DNA of 64,000 bases from Gammaproteobacteria bacterium (GCA_965237805.1 OZ250153.1:1216001-1280000), one strand, 5' to 3'; numbered from the stretch's first letter, positions 10,685 to 20,512 are shown. Translations and numbers: made by a program. Notes: generated by a model not told the origin, from the sequence alone.

Positions 10685-11947
10685 GTGGGGCGAGCATCGG
10701 TCTGGATGGGCTATAATTGCGCAGCAATTTGCGCCATGCTGGGGGGCATGACCAGCAAAACAAAACCCCTAGTTGTTGGATGTTCAAATATGGCCACCGA
10801 CCCAGCCATCTCAAACGAAGCGATTGGATGTTGGGATCCCGAGCAGCTCATTGCCCATTTGCAGCGGACCTTGCACCACGATGGTGCCCCCGATCCTGTG
10901 GAGGACATGCAGCCTTTGGCCTTGTCGCCACACCGAGGTTTTTTTGCCGACTGGCTAAATGCCCATGCCAATCATGAAGAAGGCGGCTTGGCACCGGGGC
11001 AGGTGGTGCTGTTGAGCGCGGGTGCAGTGGCGCACGAGTTCTGTGCACTCTATACCAGTGATGCGCTCTATGCTGGCCACCCGACCTTACTGGTGACGCC
11101 GCGCATCAATCCCTCGCGCGTCTGTCGCAGCATCACTTCCCAGCAGCTGCCGGCAGAGCGCCCCGACAATTGGATGGGCAGCTGGCCACTGGACAGCGAG
11201 GAGTTCCCCGAGCACAGTCTCAAAGAATGGTTGCTGGCCAGCAGTGCCAACGAGCGCTTGAGACTGAATTGGCCCTATGTTACGGATGTGTTGCGCAGCC
11301 GCTTGTTGCAGATTGCTCCGACGGCTGGTGCCTCGGTGCTCTCACCGATCGGGCTCACCCGCTTGGCGCAGGAATTTGTTACTGAAGTGGCCAACAATGC
11401 GGCGTTGAAAAACCGCATCAGTCTATTGGTGATCAACCAGTTGGAGGGGGTGTCCCGTGCCAATCATCTGTCGGGCAATGAGGCGCGCCTAGAAGCGGTG
11501 GCATTGCTTTCCCGCCTTGCCTACAACGGGAATATGGTGCTGTTAGTAGTGGTGGATCAAATCGATTCAGAGCTGCATTCCTTGGCCGATTTCTCGATGC
11601 ATGTGCAGCCAGTCAACAAAGCTGGCGGCGGTCGAGAATTTGGGGGGGCGGTCTACACTGTGGCCAAGCCAGCGCAGGTGGGCGGGGTATCGGTCGATGA
11701 ATTGGCTGATATTATGCGCAACAATAGCATGGATAGTAGCGAACGCATGGTTACTAGCGAGAGCGATACAGGCTCTGCTCCCGTAGGCTCTGCTCCCGCA
11801 GGCTCTGCTCCCGTAGCGGAGCAGACCTATCGCCTCAGCTATCGACGCCATTATGAAGACAACCCCGAGCATATCTTGATCAGGTCTCACAACGGCGGCT
11901 TCAACATGCCGGTGCAGGAAATCGTGAAATGGCAGGATCGCGACTAG
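10685..11947 (+). CDS. Hypothetical protein with a degenerate DnaB/RecA-type P-loop fold
   Basis: Long ORF; blocks GGLAPGQVVLLS, PTLLVT, LLVINQL, LSRLAYNGNMVLLVV and LADFSMHV are collinear with the DnaB C-terminal domain, but there is no GKT/S. Start uncertain (10707/10749/10789). Confidence 0.55.
   Translation: MGRASVWMGYNCAAICAMLGGMTSKTKPLVVGCSNMATDPAISNEAIGCWDPEQLIAHLQRTLHHDGAPDPVEDMQPLALSPHRGFFADWLNAHANHEEGGLAPGQVVLLSAGAVAHEFCALYTSDALYAGHPTLLVTPRINPSRVCRSITSQQLPAERPDNWMGSWPLDSEEFPEHSLKEWLLASSANERLRLNWPYVTDVLRSRLLQIAPTAGASVLSPIGLTRLAQEFVTEVANNAALKNRISLLVINQLEGVSRANHLSGNEARLEAVALLSRLAYNGNMVLLVVVDQIDSELHSLADFSMHVQPVNKAGGGREFGGAVYTVAKPAQVGGVSVDELADIMRNNSMDSSERMVTSESDTGSAPVGSAPAGSAPVAEQTYRLSYRRHYEDNPEHILIRSHNGGFNMPVQEIVKWQDRD
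11770..11816 (+). repeat. 15-bp tandem repeat x3 encoding GSAPV/GSAPA/GSAPV linker
   Basis: aggctctgctcccgt aggctctgctcccgc aggctctgctcccgt ag read directly. Confidence 0.9.
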
Positions 11948-12056
11948 GTCTTTTGATTGTTGCGCCCGCCCAAATCCCAGCTACCATAGCCGTTTGCCAC
12001 TGTCTTGGGCGGTTCTACGCTTGTGCTGTTGCCGGAGGCGGGGTTAGCGAATCGCT

Positions 12057-13445
12057 ATGAGTCCATCTAAGAAGCCTTGGAGCGGGCGTTTCACCGAGGC
12101 CACCGATGCCGCCGTCGAGGCATTTACCGCTTCGGTGCATGTCGACAAACGCCTATATCGCCATGATATTGAGGGTTCTTTGGCGCATGCCGCCGCATTG
12201 CGTCAAGCCGAGGTGCTCGACAACGGCGAGCTGCGGCAGATCGAGCAGGCTTTGCGCGCTATCTTGGGCGATATTGAGGACGGGCATTTCAAGTGGCGCC
12301 TCGAGTTAGAGGATGTCCACATGAACATCGAAATGGCACTGATCGAACGCATTGGTGAGGTGGCCAAGAAATTGCACACCGGGCGCTCGCGCAACGACCA
12401 AGTAGCCACCGATCTGCGGCTCTATGCACGCGATGCCATCGATGGTCTGCGCGCTGCCATCGACGGTCTGCGCGATGTCCTGTTGCAGCGAGCCGATGCG
12501 GAGGCCGCCACGCCGATGCCCGGCTTCACGCATCTGCAGACGGCGCAGCCAGTGACCTTGGGGCATCATTTCATGGCTTGGGATGCCATGCTGGAACGCG
12601 ATGCGGAACGCTTGGCGGATTGTAGGCGGCGGGTCAATATCTCGCCGCTGGGTGCGGGAGCGCTGGCTGGCAATGGTGTTGGCATCGACCCGGCTGTGGC
12701 AGCCGCGCAGCTGGGCTTCGACGGAGTGTTCGCCAATTCGCTGGATGCTGTCAGCGACCGCGATTTTGCCATCGAACTGGTGTCGGCGACGGCCTTGCTG
12801 ATGGTGCATCTTTCGCGCCTGGCCGAGGAGCTGGTGCTGTGGTGTTCACCATTGGTCAACTTCTGTTCCCTGCCCGACCGCTTTTGTACGGGATCCTCGA
12901 TCATGCCGCAGAAAAAGAACCCCGATGTGCCGGAGCTGGTGCGCGGGCGTTGCGCCCGGACACAGGGTCACCTGATGGCCTTGCTGACGCTGATGAAGGG
13001 GCAGCCACTGGCATATAACCGCGACAATCAAGAAGACAAGGAGCCGCTGTTCGACACGGTGGACACAGCGCTCTCTTGCTTGCAGATGCTCGCGCCGTTG
13101 ATTGCCGCTTTGGAGCCACAGCGTGAGGTGATGGCGCGGGCAGCGGCTGGCGCTTTTGCCACTGCCACCGACTTGGCGGACTATTTGGCGCAGCGCGGCG
13201 TCCCCTTCCGCGATGCGCATGCCATCACGGGTCGCGCCGTCGCCCTCGCTGCCGACAGCGGTGTCGCATTGGAGGATTTGCCGCTGGAGCAGCTCCAAGC
13301 TTTGGCTCCGCAGATCGATGATACGGTGTACGAGCGGTTGACAGTGGCCGGCTCACTGGCCGCTCGCAGCCATGTCGGCGGCACGGCACCAGCGACGGTG
13401 CGCGTCGCCGCCCGTGCTGCCCGGGCACGGCTGCAGCGCGGCTAG
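12057..13445 (+). CDS. argH: Argininosuccinate lyase
   Basis: WSGRF, LHTGRSRNDQ, GSSIMPQKKNPD, AYNRDNQEDKE motifs. Confidence 0.97.
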   Translation: MSPSKKPWSGRFTEATDAAVEAFTASVHVDKRLYRHDIEGSLAHAAALRQAEVLDNGELRQIEQALRAILGDIEDGHFKWRLELEDVHMNIEMALIERIGEVAKKLHTGRSRNDQVATDLRLYARDAIDGLRAAIDGLRDVLLQRADAEAATPMPGFTHLQTAQPVTLGHHFMAWDAMLERDAERLADCRRRVNISPLGAGALAGNGVGIDPAVAAAQLGFDGVFANSLDAVSDRDFAIELVSATALLMVHLSRLAEELVLWCSPLVNFCSLPDRFCTGSSIMPQKKNPDVPELVRGRCARTQGHLMALLTLMKGQPLAYNRDNQEDKEPLFDTVDTALSCLQMLAPLIAALEPQREVMARAAAGAFATATDLADYLAQRGVPFRDAHAITGRAVALAADSGVALEDLPLEQLQALAPQIDDTVYERLTVAGSLAARSHVGGTAPATVRVAARAARARLQRG

Positions 13446-13456
13446 TCGGCCCCACT

Positions 13457-14434
13457 GTGGCCAAGCAATCGAGCCCCCACCTCGGCGTTGTCGTCGAGCC
13501 ATTGGCCAGTCTACAGCCCGCGAAGGACAGCACCATCGCTATGTTGCGCGCCGCTGTCGGGCGGGGCTGGCAGCTGTGGGCGATGGAGTGCCGTGATTTG
13601 GCGTGGGGGGATGACGGTGTCTATGCCAGTATGTCGGCATTGCAGCTGGTAGAGGATGCCGATAGTGGCGGCTCTTGGTATGAGGCGCAGCCACCGGCTC
13701 GACGCTCGCTGGCCACGCTCGATGCCCTGCTGATGCGTGCCGATCCGCCAGTAGACACACGCTATCTGCACGCGACCCAGCTGCTGTCGGAGGCGGAGCG
13801 CCACGGTTTGGTGGTGTTCAACCGACCGCAGAGTTTGCGCGACTGCAACGAGAAGTTGTTGGCGCTGGAGTTTCCGGAGGATTGCCCGCCGACGCTGGTC
13901 AGTGCCGATGTGCGGGCACTGGCTGAATTCCGAGCCGAATTTGGCGCTGTGGTACTCAAGCCTTTGGACGGCATGGGTGGCCGCGGTGTCTTGGTCATGC
14001 AGCCGGGCGACCCCAATTTCAATTCTGCTGTCGCGTTGCTGAGCGATAGTGGGTGCTCGCCGATCATCGCGCAGCGTTTTCTCCCAGAAGTGCGTGAGAC
14101 GGGAGACCGGCGGGTTCTGTTGGTGGATGGCGAGGTGCCTTCGCACGCGTTAGCACGGCTGCCGTCGGTCGACGATATCCGTGGCAATTTGGTGGCCGGG
14201 GCGCGAGCCGAGCTGCACCAGATCGGTGCCGACGAGCGCGCCTTGTGCCGCCGTGTGGGAGCGGTGTTGATCGAGCGTGGCATCACCTTCGCCGGGCTCG
14301 ATGTGATCGGCGGCCGGCTCACAGAAGTCAATATCACCAGTCCCACTGGCTTGTGCGAATTGCAGCGCTTGGGTGCCCCCGACTTGGCCTCGTCCTTGCT
14401 CGATGCCTTGGAGCGTCGCTGGGCAGCGCGCTGA
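13457..14434 (+). CDS. gshB: Glutathione synthetase
   Basis: KDSTIAM, MRADPP, NEKL, KPLDGMGG, EVNITSPTG motifs. Confidence 0.95.
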   Translation: MAKQSSPHLGVVVEPLASLQPAKDSTIAMLRAAVGRGWQLWAMECRDLAWGDDGVYASMSALQLVEDADSGGSWYEAQPPARRSLATLDALLMRADPPVDTRYLHATQLLSEAERHGLVVFNRPQSLRDCNEKLLALEFPEDCPPTLVSADVRALAEFRAEFGAVVLKPLDGMGGRGVLVMQPGDPNFNSAVALLSDSGCSPIIAQRFLPEVRETGDRRVLLVDGEVPSHALARLPSVDDIRGNLVAGARAELHQIGADERALCRRVGAVLIERGITFAGLDVIGGRLTEVNITSPTGLCELQRLGAPDLASSLLDALERRWAAR

Positions 14435-14468
14435 GTCGCTTTGGTCGTCTGCCGCTGCCCGGTTTGTC

Positions 14469-14927
14469 ATGACTGAGCTCGCTGCGGGAGCCGCAGCAGG
14501 TGCTGCTATGGTGCTGTGTTTTGACTTTGGCACTACCGCCATCGGTGTGGCGGCGGGCTCGGGCGGGGCAGCGGGACAGCGGCCCGAGGAATTGCCCGCG
14601 TTGGCGGCGCGCGATGGTCGTCCCGAGTGGCGGGTGGTGGACGCGCTGGTGGCCGCATGGCAGCCGCGGTTGCTGGTGGTGGGACTGCCCTTGCATGCCG
14701 ATGGCAGTGACAGCCCTATCGCTGCGCGGGCGCGTCGCTTTGCACGGCAGTTGGGAGGTCGTCTGCAGCTGCCGTGGCGGATGATGGACGAGCGGCTCAG
14801 CACGGTGGCGGCGCGCGAGGAGCTGGCGGTGGTTGGCACTGCTGGTCGCGCCCGTTCGGTACACAGTGTCGCGGCGCGCTTGGTGCTGGAGGCATATTTC
14901 CGCTCGCCGGAGTCGGCAGGGCAGTAG
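14469..14927 (+). CDS. yqgF: YqgF/RuvX family nuclease
   Basis: FDFGTTAIGVA, VVGLPL, MDERLST motifs; follows gshB. Confidence 0.9.
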   Translation: MTELAAGAAAGAAMVLCFDFGTTAIGVAAGSGGAAGQRPEELPALAARDGRPEWRVVDALVAAWQPRLLVVGLPLHADGSDSPIAARARRFARQLGGRLQLPWRMMDERLSTVAAREELAVVGTAGRARSVHSVAARLVLEAYFRSPESAGQ

Positions 14928-14930
14928 CAG

Positions 14931-15644
14931 ATGGCCAGTCGGCCTCAGCTCGGTGACGCGTCGTTGGCGGGATGCAAAATGTCGGTGGAGGCGCGGCTGA
15001 GGCAGGCGGCGCGGGCCGCTGGACGTCGGCATGGCGATATTCTGTTGCTCGCGGCCACCAAGGGGCGCGATGCCGCCACACTGCGTCGCGCCCATGCTCT
15101 GGGGTTGCGCCACTTTGGCGAAAACTACCTGCAGGAGGCGCTACCCAAGATCGAAGCGCTGGCCGAGCTGGCTCCCTGCTGGCACTTCATCGGTGCTTTG
15201 CAATCCAACAAGACCGCTGCGGTAGCACGGAATTTTCTGTGGGTGCACAGCATCGACCGTCTGCGCATTGCTGAGCGCCTCAGCGCCCAGCGCCCGCCCG
15301 AACTGCCACCGCTCGAAGTCTGCCTGCAGCTGCGGCTCGATGACGAGACGGCCAAGTCCGGTGTCTCGCCAGCGCAGCTGCCAGCGCTGGCGGCAGCGGT
15401 GGAGACCCTGCCGCGTCTGCGTTTGCGCGGTCTGATGGTGTTGCCAGCTCCGCGCAGTGGTTTCGGCGCGCAACGTCGTTCGTTGTCGCGGGCCGGGGCT
15501 CTGTTGCGGCAGCTGCGGGAGCAGTTGCCAGCACTGGACACGCTGTCGATGGGCACCTCGGAGGACATGGAGGCGGCCGTGGCGGAGGGGGCGACGCTGT
15601 TGCGCATCGGCTCAGCCCTGTTCGGGGCGCGTCGGCAGCCCTGA
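14931..15644 (+). CDS. yggS: PLP homeostasis protein
   Basis: FGENYLQEA, WHFIGALQSNK, LSMGTS, LRIGSALFG motifs. Confidence 0.93.
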   Translation: MASRPQLGDASLAGCKMSVEARLRQAARAAGRRHGDILLLAATKGRDAATLRRAHALGLRHFGENYLQEALPKIEALAELAPCWHFIGALQSNKTAAVARNFLWVHSIDRLRIAERLSAQRPPELPPLEVCLQLRLDDETAKSGVSPAQLPALAAAVETLPRLRLRGLMVLPAPRSGFGAQRRSLSRAGALLRQLREQLPALDTLSMGTSEDMEAAVAEGATLLRIGSALFGARRQP

Positions 15645-15722
15645 GCGGCATCGTTTTGAGCACGGATGATGTCGGTATAATTGCACTGTAGGAATGGCAG
15701 GCAATTTCAGGGAGTGGGCAAT

Positions 15723-16286
15723 ATGGCTCGGACACCGTCCACCATGCCGCCGTTGGGCTTCCTCGCCCCCGATTTCCAGTTACCGGAACCGGTCGCCGAC
15801 GGTCGCTTGCGCAGCCGCGATGACTGTTGTGGCGAGCGCGGTTTGCTGGTGATGTTCATCTGCAACCACTGTCCCTTCGTTTTGCATATTGAAGCGGGGC
15901 TCTTGGCTTTCGGGCGCGACTATATACCGCACGGTCTCGGCGTGGTCGCCATCAATGCCAACGATGCTGACAGCCATCCTGAGGATGCCCCCGAGTTGAT
16001 GGCCGAGCGTTGCCGCGAGCGTGGCTACCCTTTCCCCTATCTCTATGATGAGAGCCAGCAGGTGGCGCACGCCTACCAAGCAGCTTGCACGCCGGATTTC
16101 TTTCTCTGCGACAGTGATCTGCGCTGCGTGTACCGGGGTCGTTTCGATGCGGCGAGGCCGGGCAATGATGAAGTGTCGAGTGGTGCCGACCTGCGCTGTG
16201 CTGCCGACCAGCTGCTGGCTGGCGAGCCGGTGACGACGGCGCAGCACCCGAGCTTGGGGTGCAATATCAAGTGGAAGGCAGCTTAG
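15723..16286 (+). CDS. Thioredoxin-fold (AhpC/TSA-like) protein
   Basis: MFICNHCPFV (CxxC), FPYLYDESQ, AACTPDFF, SLGCNIKW motifs. Confidence 0.85.
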   Translation: MARTPSTMPPLGFLAPDFQLPEPVADGRLRSRDDCCGERGLLVMFICNHCPFVLHIEAGLLAFGRDYIPHGLGVVAINANDADSHPEDAPELMAERCRERGYPFPYLYDESQQVAHAYQAACTPDFFLCDSDLRCVYRGRFDAARPGNDEVSSGADLRCAADQLLAGEPVTTAQHPSLGCNIKWKAA

Positions 16287-17134
16287 GCGACTCGCCGCCC
16301 AGTGTCGGCTTCATCGGCGCTGGCAATATGGCGCTGGCACTGGCCAGTGGCCTGTGCCGCAATGGCGTGCCGACGACTTCCCTGTGGGCGGCAGATCCCT
16401 ATGCTGTCAGCCGTGAGCGCTTCGCTGGCGCGCTGCCCGGCGCGGTGGTCGGGGCGGACAATGCCGCTGTCGCCAGAGCCGTGGATGCCTTGGTGCTGGC
16501 GGTGAAGCCGCAGCAGTTGGGTGCTGCCATCGTCGACTTGCCCCCTGCTTTGGAGCTGCGCCGCCCGCTGGTGTTGTCGATTGTTGCCGGGGTGGAATCC
16601 GCCCAGCTGGCGGCGAGCCTCGGCATCGGGTTGCCATTGGTGCGCTGCATGCCGAACACGCCGGCATTGGTCGGCAAAGGCATCACTGGCCTTTATGCAG
16701 CTGCCACTGTGGGTGTGACCGAGCGGCAGCTGGCCGAGCGTGTGTTGGGTGCGGTCGGAGCCACCTTTTGGGTGGAGGACGAGGACAGCTTGCATGCGGT
16801 GACAGCTATTTCCGGCTGCGGTCCCGCCTATTTCTTCCGTCTCATCGAGGCCTTGGAGGCGGCGGCTGTGGAACTGGGGTTGGAGCCGTCGTTGTCGCGG
16901 CGTTTGGCACTGGAGACTGCGCTGGGGGCAGCGCAGCTGGCGGTGGACAGCGATGAGGCGGTCGGCGAGCTGCGTCGCCGCGTCGCTTCGCCTGGCGGTG
17001 CTACTGAGGCTGCTCTGGCGGTGTTGGAGGATGGTGCTGAAGGTGCGGGCGAGGGTTTGGCGGCCTTGTTGCGGCGGGCGGTTGCCGCTGCCGAGACCCG
17101 CTCGCGGCAATTGGCGGCCGTCGCTGGTTCCTGA
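16259..17134 (+). CDS. proC: Pyrroline-5-carboxylate reductase
   Basis: GFIGAGNMA, LAVKPQ, RCMPNTP, SGCGPAY, SPGGAT motifs; exact start uncertain. Confidence 0.93.
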   Translation: MQYQVEGSLGDSPPSVGFIGAGNMALALASGLCRNGVPTTSLWAADPYAVSRERFAGALPGAVVGADNAAVARAVDALVLAVKPQQLGAAIVDLPPALELRRPLVLSIVAGVESAQLAASLGIGLPLVRCMPNTPALVGKGITGLYAAATVGVTERQLAERVLGAVGATFWVEDEDSLHAVTAISGCGPAYFFRLIEALEAAAVELGLEPSLSRRLALETALGAAQLAVDSDEAVGELRRRVASPGGATEAALAVLEDGAEGAGEGLAALLRRAVAAAETRSRQLAAVAGS

Positions 17135-17188
17135 AGGAGTTTGGGATGTCGATCGCAGCACCTATTCGGTGTGACGGGAAGCGCTGAG

Positions 17189-17779
17189 ATGGCACTGGAC
17201 ATCACTGCCCAGCTGCTCCGTATCAGCTTTTGGCTGTATACCGTGGCCTTGGTGCTGCGTTTCATGTTGCATTTTTCCAACGCTGACTATTACAACCCGC
17301 TCTCGCAGGGCTTAGTGCGGTTCACGAAGCTGCCGGTGGAGCTGCTGGGGCGCTTCCTGCCAACGCTGATGCGGGTCGATTTTGCGGTGCTGGCGGCGGC
17401 GATTCTTTGCGGCTTCTTGGCGATTGTCTTTCAAGCCGCCCTGCACGGTTATTCGCTGGAAGGGCATTGGGGCGTGGCCTTGCTATGGAGCGCCATCGGC
17501 ATCGCCCACTTGGTGCTGGACATCGCTTTTCTATGTCTGCTGGCATCGATTCTCATCAGCTGGCTCAACCCGCATCAATCCCACTACATCTTGGATGTGT
17601 GTCAGCAGCTGGTGGAGCCAATGATGGCACCGTTGCGGCGGGTGCTACCACCGCTAGGCGGCTTGGATTTTTCCCCGATTTTGCTCTTTGTGCTGATCAA
17701 TGTGGCCGAGGCGGTGCTGAGCAATTGGGCCGTCCGTGTCGGCTTGCCTTTCCAACTGGTGATAGGCATTTCCAGCTGA
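17189..17779 (+). CDS. yggT: YggT family membrane protein
   Basis: ADYYNPLSQ and PPLGGLDFSP motifs; follows proC. Confidence 0.88.
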   Translation: MALDITAQLLRISFWLYTVALVLRFMLHFSNADYYNPLSQGLVRFTKLPVELLGRFLPTLMRVDFAVLAAAILCGFLAIVFQAALHGYSLEGHWGVALLWSAIGIAHLVLDIAFLCLLASILISWLNPHQSHYILDVCQQLVEPMMAPLRRVLPPLGGLDFSPILLFVLINVAEAVLSNWAVRVGLPFQLVIGISS

Positions 17780-17915
17780 TGACCCGCCGACAGGCCGACT
17801 AGCAGCGCGATGCCCCCGTCACAGAGCTTTGCTCCCCGGTTGTGCGGGATTGTGTTCGCATCGGCGCGTCGCTATCCCGCGCCACCGCGCACAGTGCCCG
17901 CTGGCGGTGACCACC

Positions 17916-19061
17916 GTGCTTGATTGGCCAGCCGACTCTGTCGGCTTGGTGCGGCCCGAGCGGTGGCGCTGCGACGAGCCGTTACTGCTGGCTTGTGGTG
18001 TCAGCCTGCCGCACTACGAATTGGTTTACGAGTGTTACGGCGAGCTGAATGCCGAGCGCTCCAATGCCATCTTGATCTGCCATGCGCTGAGCAGTGACCA
18101 CCATGTCGCCGGTTATCACGAGGGGATGGAGAAGCCCGGCTGGTGGGAGGGCTATGTCGGCCCCGGCAAACCATTCGACACCAACCGCTTCTTCATCATC
18201 TGCGCCAACAATATTGGCGGCTGTTCTGGCAGTACCGGGCCGACCAGCGAACAGCCCGGCGGCGGTTCCTATGGGGCGGATTTTCCACCGGTCCGGGTGC
18301 GCGACTGGGTGCAGTGCCAACGACAGTTGATGGTGGCCTTGGGCATTGAGCAGTGGTCGGCAGTGGTCGGCGGCAGCTTGGGTGGCATGCAAGTGCTGCG
18401 TTGGGCGCTGGAATATCCCGCGGCGATGCGTCACTGTATCGTCTTGGCCTCAGCGATGAAGTTGACAGCGCAGAACATCGCTTTCAACGAGATCGCGCGG
18501 CGAGCCATCAGCGCCGATCCGGAGTTTTGCGATGGGCACTATCTGGAGCGCGGCACGAACCCCGGCAAGGGTCTTGCCATCGCCCGCATGATCGGCCATC
18601 TGACCTATATGTCTGACGATTTGATGGCTTTGAAGTTCGGTCGAGCGCTGCGTGAAGGTAGTTTTGAGCGGGGTCAGGCAGCAGATGTACGCTTTCAAGT
18701 GGAGAGTTATCTGCGCCACCAAGGCGACAAGTTTGCCGACAATTTCGATGCCAATAGCTATCTGTTGATCACCCGCGCGTTGGACTATTTCGATTTGGCG
18801 CGCGAGTACGACGACGATCCAGTGCAGGCCTTTGGCGAGGCGCGTGCGGAATTTCTGGTGGTGTCGTTCAGTAGCGACTGGCGCTTCGCGCCGGAGCGTT
18901 CGCACGAGATAGTGCGGGCCCTGTTGGGTGCGAAGCGGCGCGTCAGCTATGCCGAGATCGACGCGCCCCAAGGGCACGATGCCTTTTTGTTGCCAGTGCC
19001 ACGTTTCGATGCCGTGTTGCAGGGCTATCTGCGGCGGATGGTGCAGGAAATAGGGCTGTGA
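17916..19061 (+). CDS. metX: Homoserine O-acyltransferase (MetX type)
   Basis: ICHALS, GGSLGGMQ, FDANSYL, GHDAFL; precedes metW; start approximate. Confidence 0.93.
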   Translation: MLDWPADSVGLVRPERWRCDEPLLLACGVSLPHYELVYECYGELNAERSNAILICHALSSDHHVAGYHEGMEKPGWWEGYVGPGKPFDTNRFFIICANNIGGCSGSTGPTSEQPGGGSYGADFPPVRVRDWVQCQRQLMVALGIEQWSAVVGGSLGGMQVLRWALEYPAAMRHCIVLASAMKLTAQNIAFNEIARRAISADPEFCDGHYLERGTNPGKGLAIARMIGHLTYMSDDLMALKFGRALREGSFERGQAADVRFQVESYLRHQGDKFADNFDANSYLLITRALDYFDLAREYDDDPVQAFGEARAEFLVVSFSSDWRFAPERSHEIVRALLGAKRRVSYAEIDAPQGHDAFLLPVPRFDAVLQGYLRRMVQEIGL

Positions 19062-19678
19062 TGGGCGGGATACGGGACAGGCGCGACCTAGATCGCTTGG
19101 TGGAGTGGGTGCCGGTGGGCGCACGGGTGCTGGACTTGGGCTGCGGTGACGGCGGCCTGCTGTTGCGGCTTGAGGCCGAGCGCAATGTGCAGGGCTTGGG
19201 GTTGGAGATCGATGCAGACAACATCACCGTCTGCTTGGAGGCGGGGCTACAGGTGGTGGAGCAGGATTTGGACCGCGGCTTGGCCAATTTTGCTGACAAC
19301 AGCTTCGATGTCGTGGTGATGACCTACACCTTGCAGGAAGTGGCGCGACCGTTGCGCTTGGTAGATGAGATGCTGCGTGTGGGGCGGCACGGTATCGTCA
19401 GTTTCCGTAATTATGCCCATTGGCGCAACCGCTTGGCGACTCTGCGTGGCGGCCCTTTGCCCGGAACCGAGTCGCTGGTTACGAAGAGTGGGGCCGAGGC
19501 TGAGCAATATGCGGTGCGCCCGTGGACGGTGGCCGATTTCGAGCAGCTGTGTGGTGAGCAGAAGATACAGGTAGATGGGTGCTATATGCTGGACGAGTCG
19601 GGAGCCCAGAGCTGGGCGGCGCGGCGTTGGCCACGCCTGTGCGCACACACGGTGATTTACCGTTTCAGCCGGCGCTGA
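19058..19678 (+). CDS. metW: Methionine biosynthesis protein MetW
   Basis: VLDLGCGDG SAM motif, DEMLRVG, coupled to metX. Confidence 0.88.
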   Translation: MMGGIRDRRDLDRLVEWVPVGARVLDLGCGDGGLLLRLEAERNVQGLGLEIDADNITVCLEAGLQVVEQDLDRGLANFADNSFDVVVMTYTLQEVARPLRLVDEMLRVGRHGIVSFRNYAHWRNRLATLRGGPLPGTESLVTKSGAEAEQYAVRPWTVADFEQLCGEQKIQVDGCYMLDESGAQSWAARRWPRLCAHTVIYRFSRR

Positions 19679-19696
19679 TGCGCTAACAATATAAAA

Positions 19697-20311
19697 ATGC
19701 GGATTTTAGCACTATTATCGCTGATTTTATCTGCCATTTCGCCGGTTTTAGCAACATCTCAAGCGCAGCAGGGCGGCTCATGGCGCGCTGGTGTCCGCGC
19801 AGAGCTCGAGCAGGCCGAGCGTCGCCGTCATCAAGCAGTGGCTGACAGCGAGCGACACTTTGGTGATTATGTGATCTACTACAGCGTCTTTTACAGCAGT
19901 TTCCTGTCGCCAGAGATCGCTGAGGCCGCCGGTATCACCCGTTCCCGCAACCGTGCCGTGGTCAATGTGTCGGTGCGGCGGGCGGTGGCGGTGCCAAGTG
20001 CCGTGACGGAGGGCGTTGTGGTGGCGCCGCCACCCATTGCTGAGGGTGGTGCCGAGCCCTTGCCAGCGATTCCTGCCGGTCTGAGTGGTGTGGCCGTCAC
20101 CGCCGAGCTCAGGGGGACGGTGTCGGATTTGGTACACCGGCGCCCCTTGAGATTCCAAGAGCTGCGGGAGCCGGGGGCAGTCTACTACTTGGCCCCCCTG
20201 CGTTTTGGACACCGGGATCGTCTGTATTTCGAGCTGCAGCTGCTGGCCGAAGGGGCGCAGCAACCCTATCGGCTCAAGTTTGACCGGCAGCTCTATGTGG
20301 ATGGGCGCTGA
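19697..20311 (+). CDS. DUF4426 family exported protein
   Basis: Signal peptide; YSVFYSSFLSPEIA..GITRS and FQELREPGAVYYLA motifs; usual position after metW. Confidence 0.75.
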   Translation: MRILALLSLILSAISPVLATSQAQQGGSWRAGVRAELEQAERRRHQAVADSERHFGDYVIYYSVFYSSFLSPEIAEAAGITRSRNRAVVNVSVRRAVAVPSAVTEGVVVAPPPIAEGGAEPLPAIPAGLSGVAVTAELRGTVSDLVHRRPLRFQELREPGAVYYLAPLRFGHRDRLYFELQLLAEGAQQPYRLKFDRQLYVDGR

Positions 20312-20512
20312 GCGCGATGGCCACAGTGCTCGGTTTTGGGGGTGTACGAGACGGGTTGCCGCCCCCGGCGGCTCGCTGGGCGTGTCCATAGCGCCCATCA
20401 GCTATTATTGTGGACGGCAGTCTACTCAGGGGACAGCACGATGCCGACTGGCTATCGAGCGACCGTGACCATGTGGGCTTTAGGGCATCAGCATAGAGCA
20501 GGAGGCACTCCC

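Noticed and set aside
11966-12012. ccgcccaa/ttgggcgg inverted repeat upstream of argH as a terminator or operator
   Set aside because: 8-bp arms with a long loop and no U tract; insufficient support.
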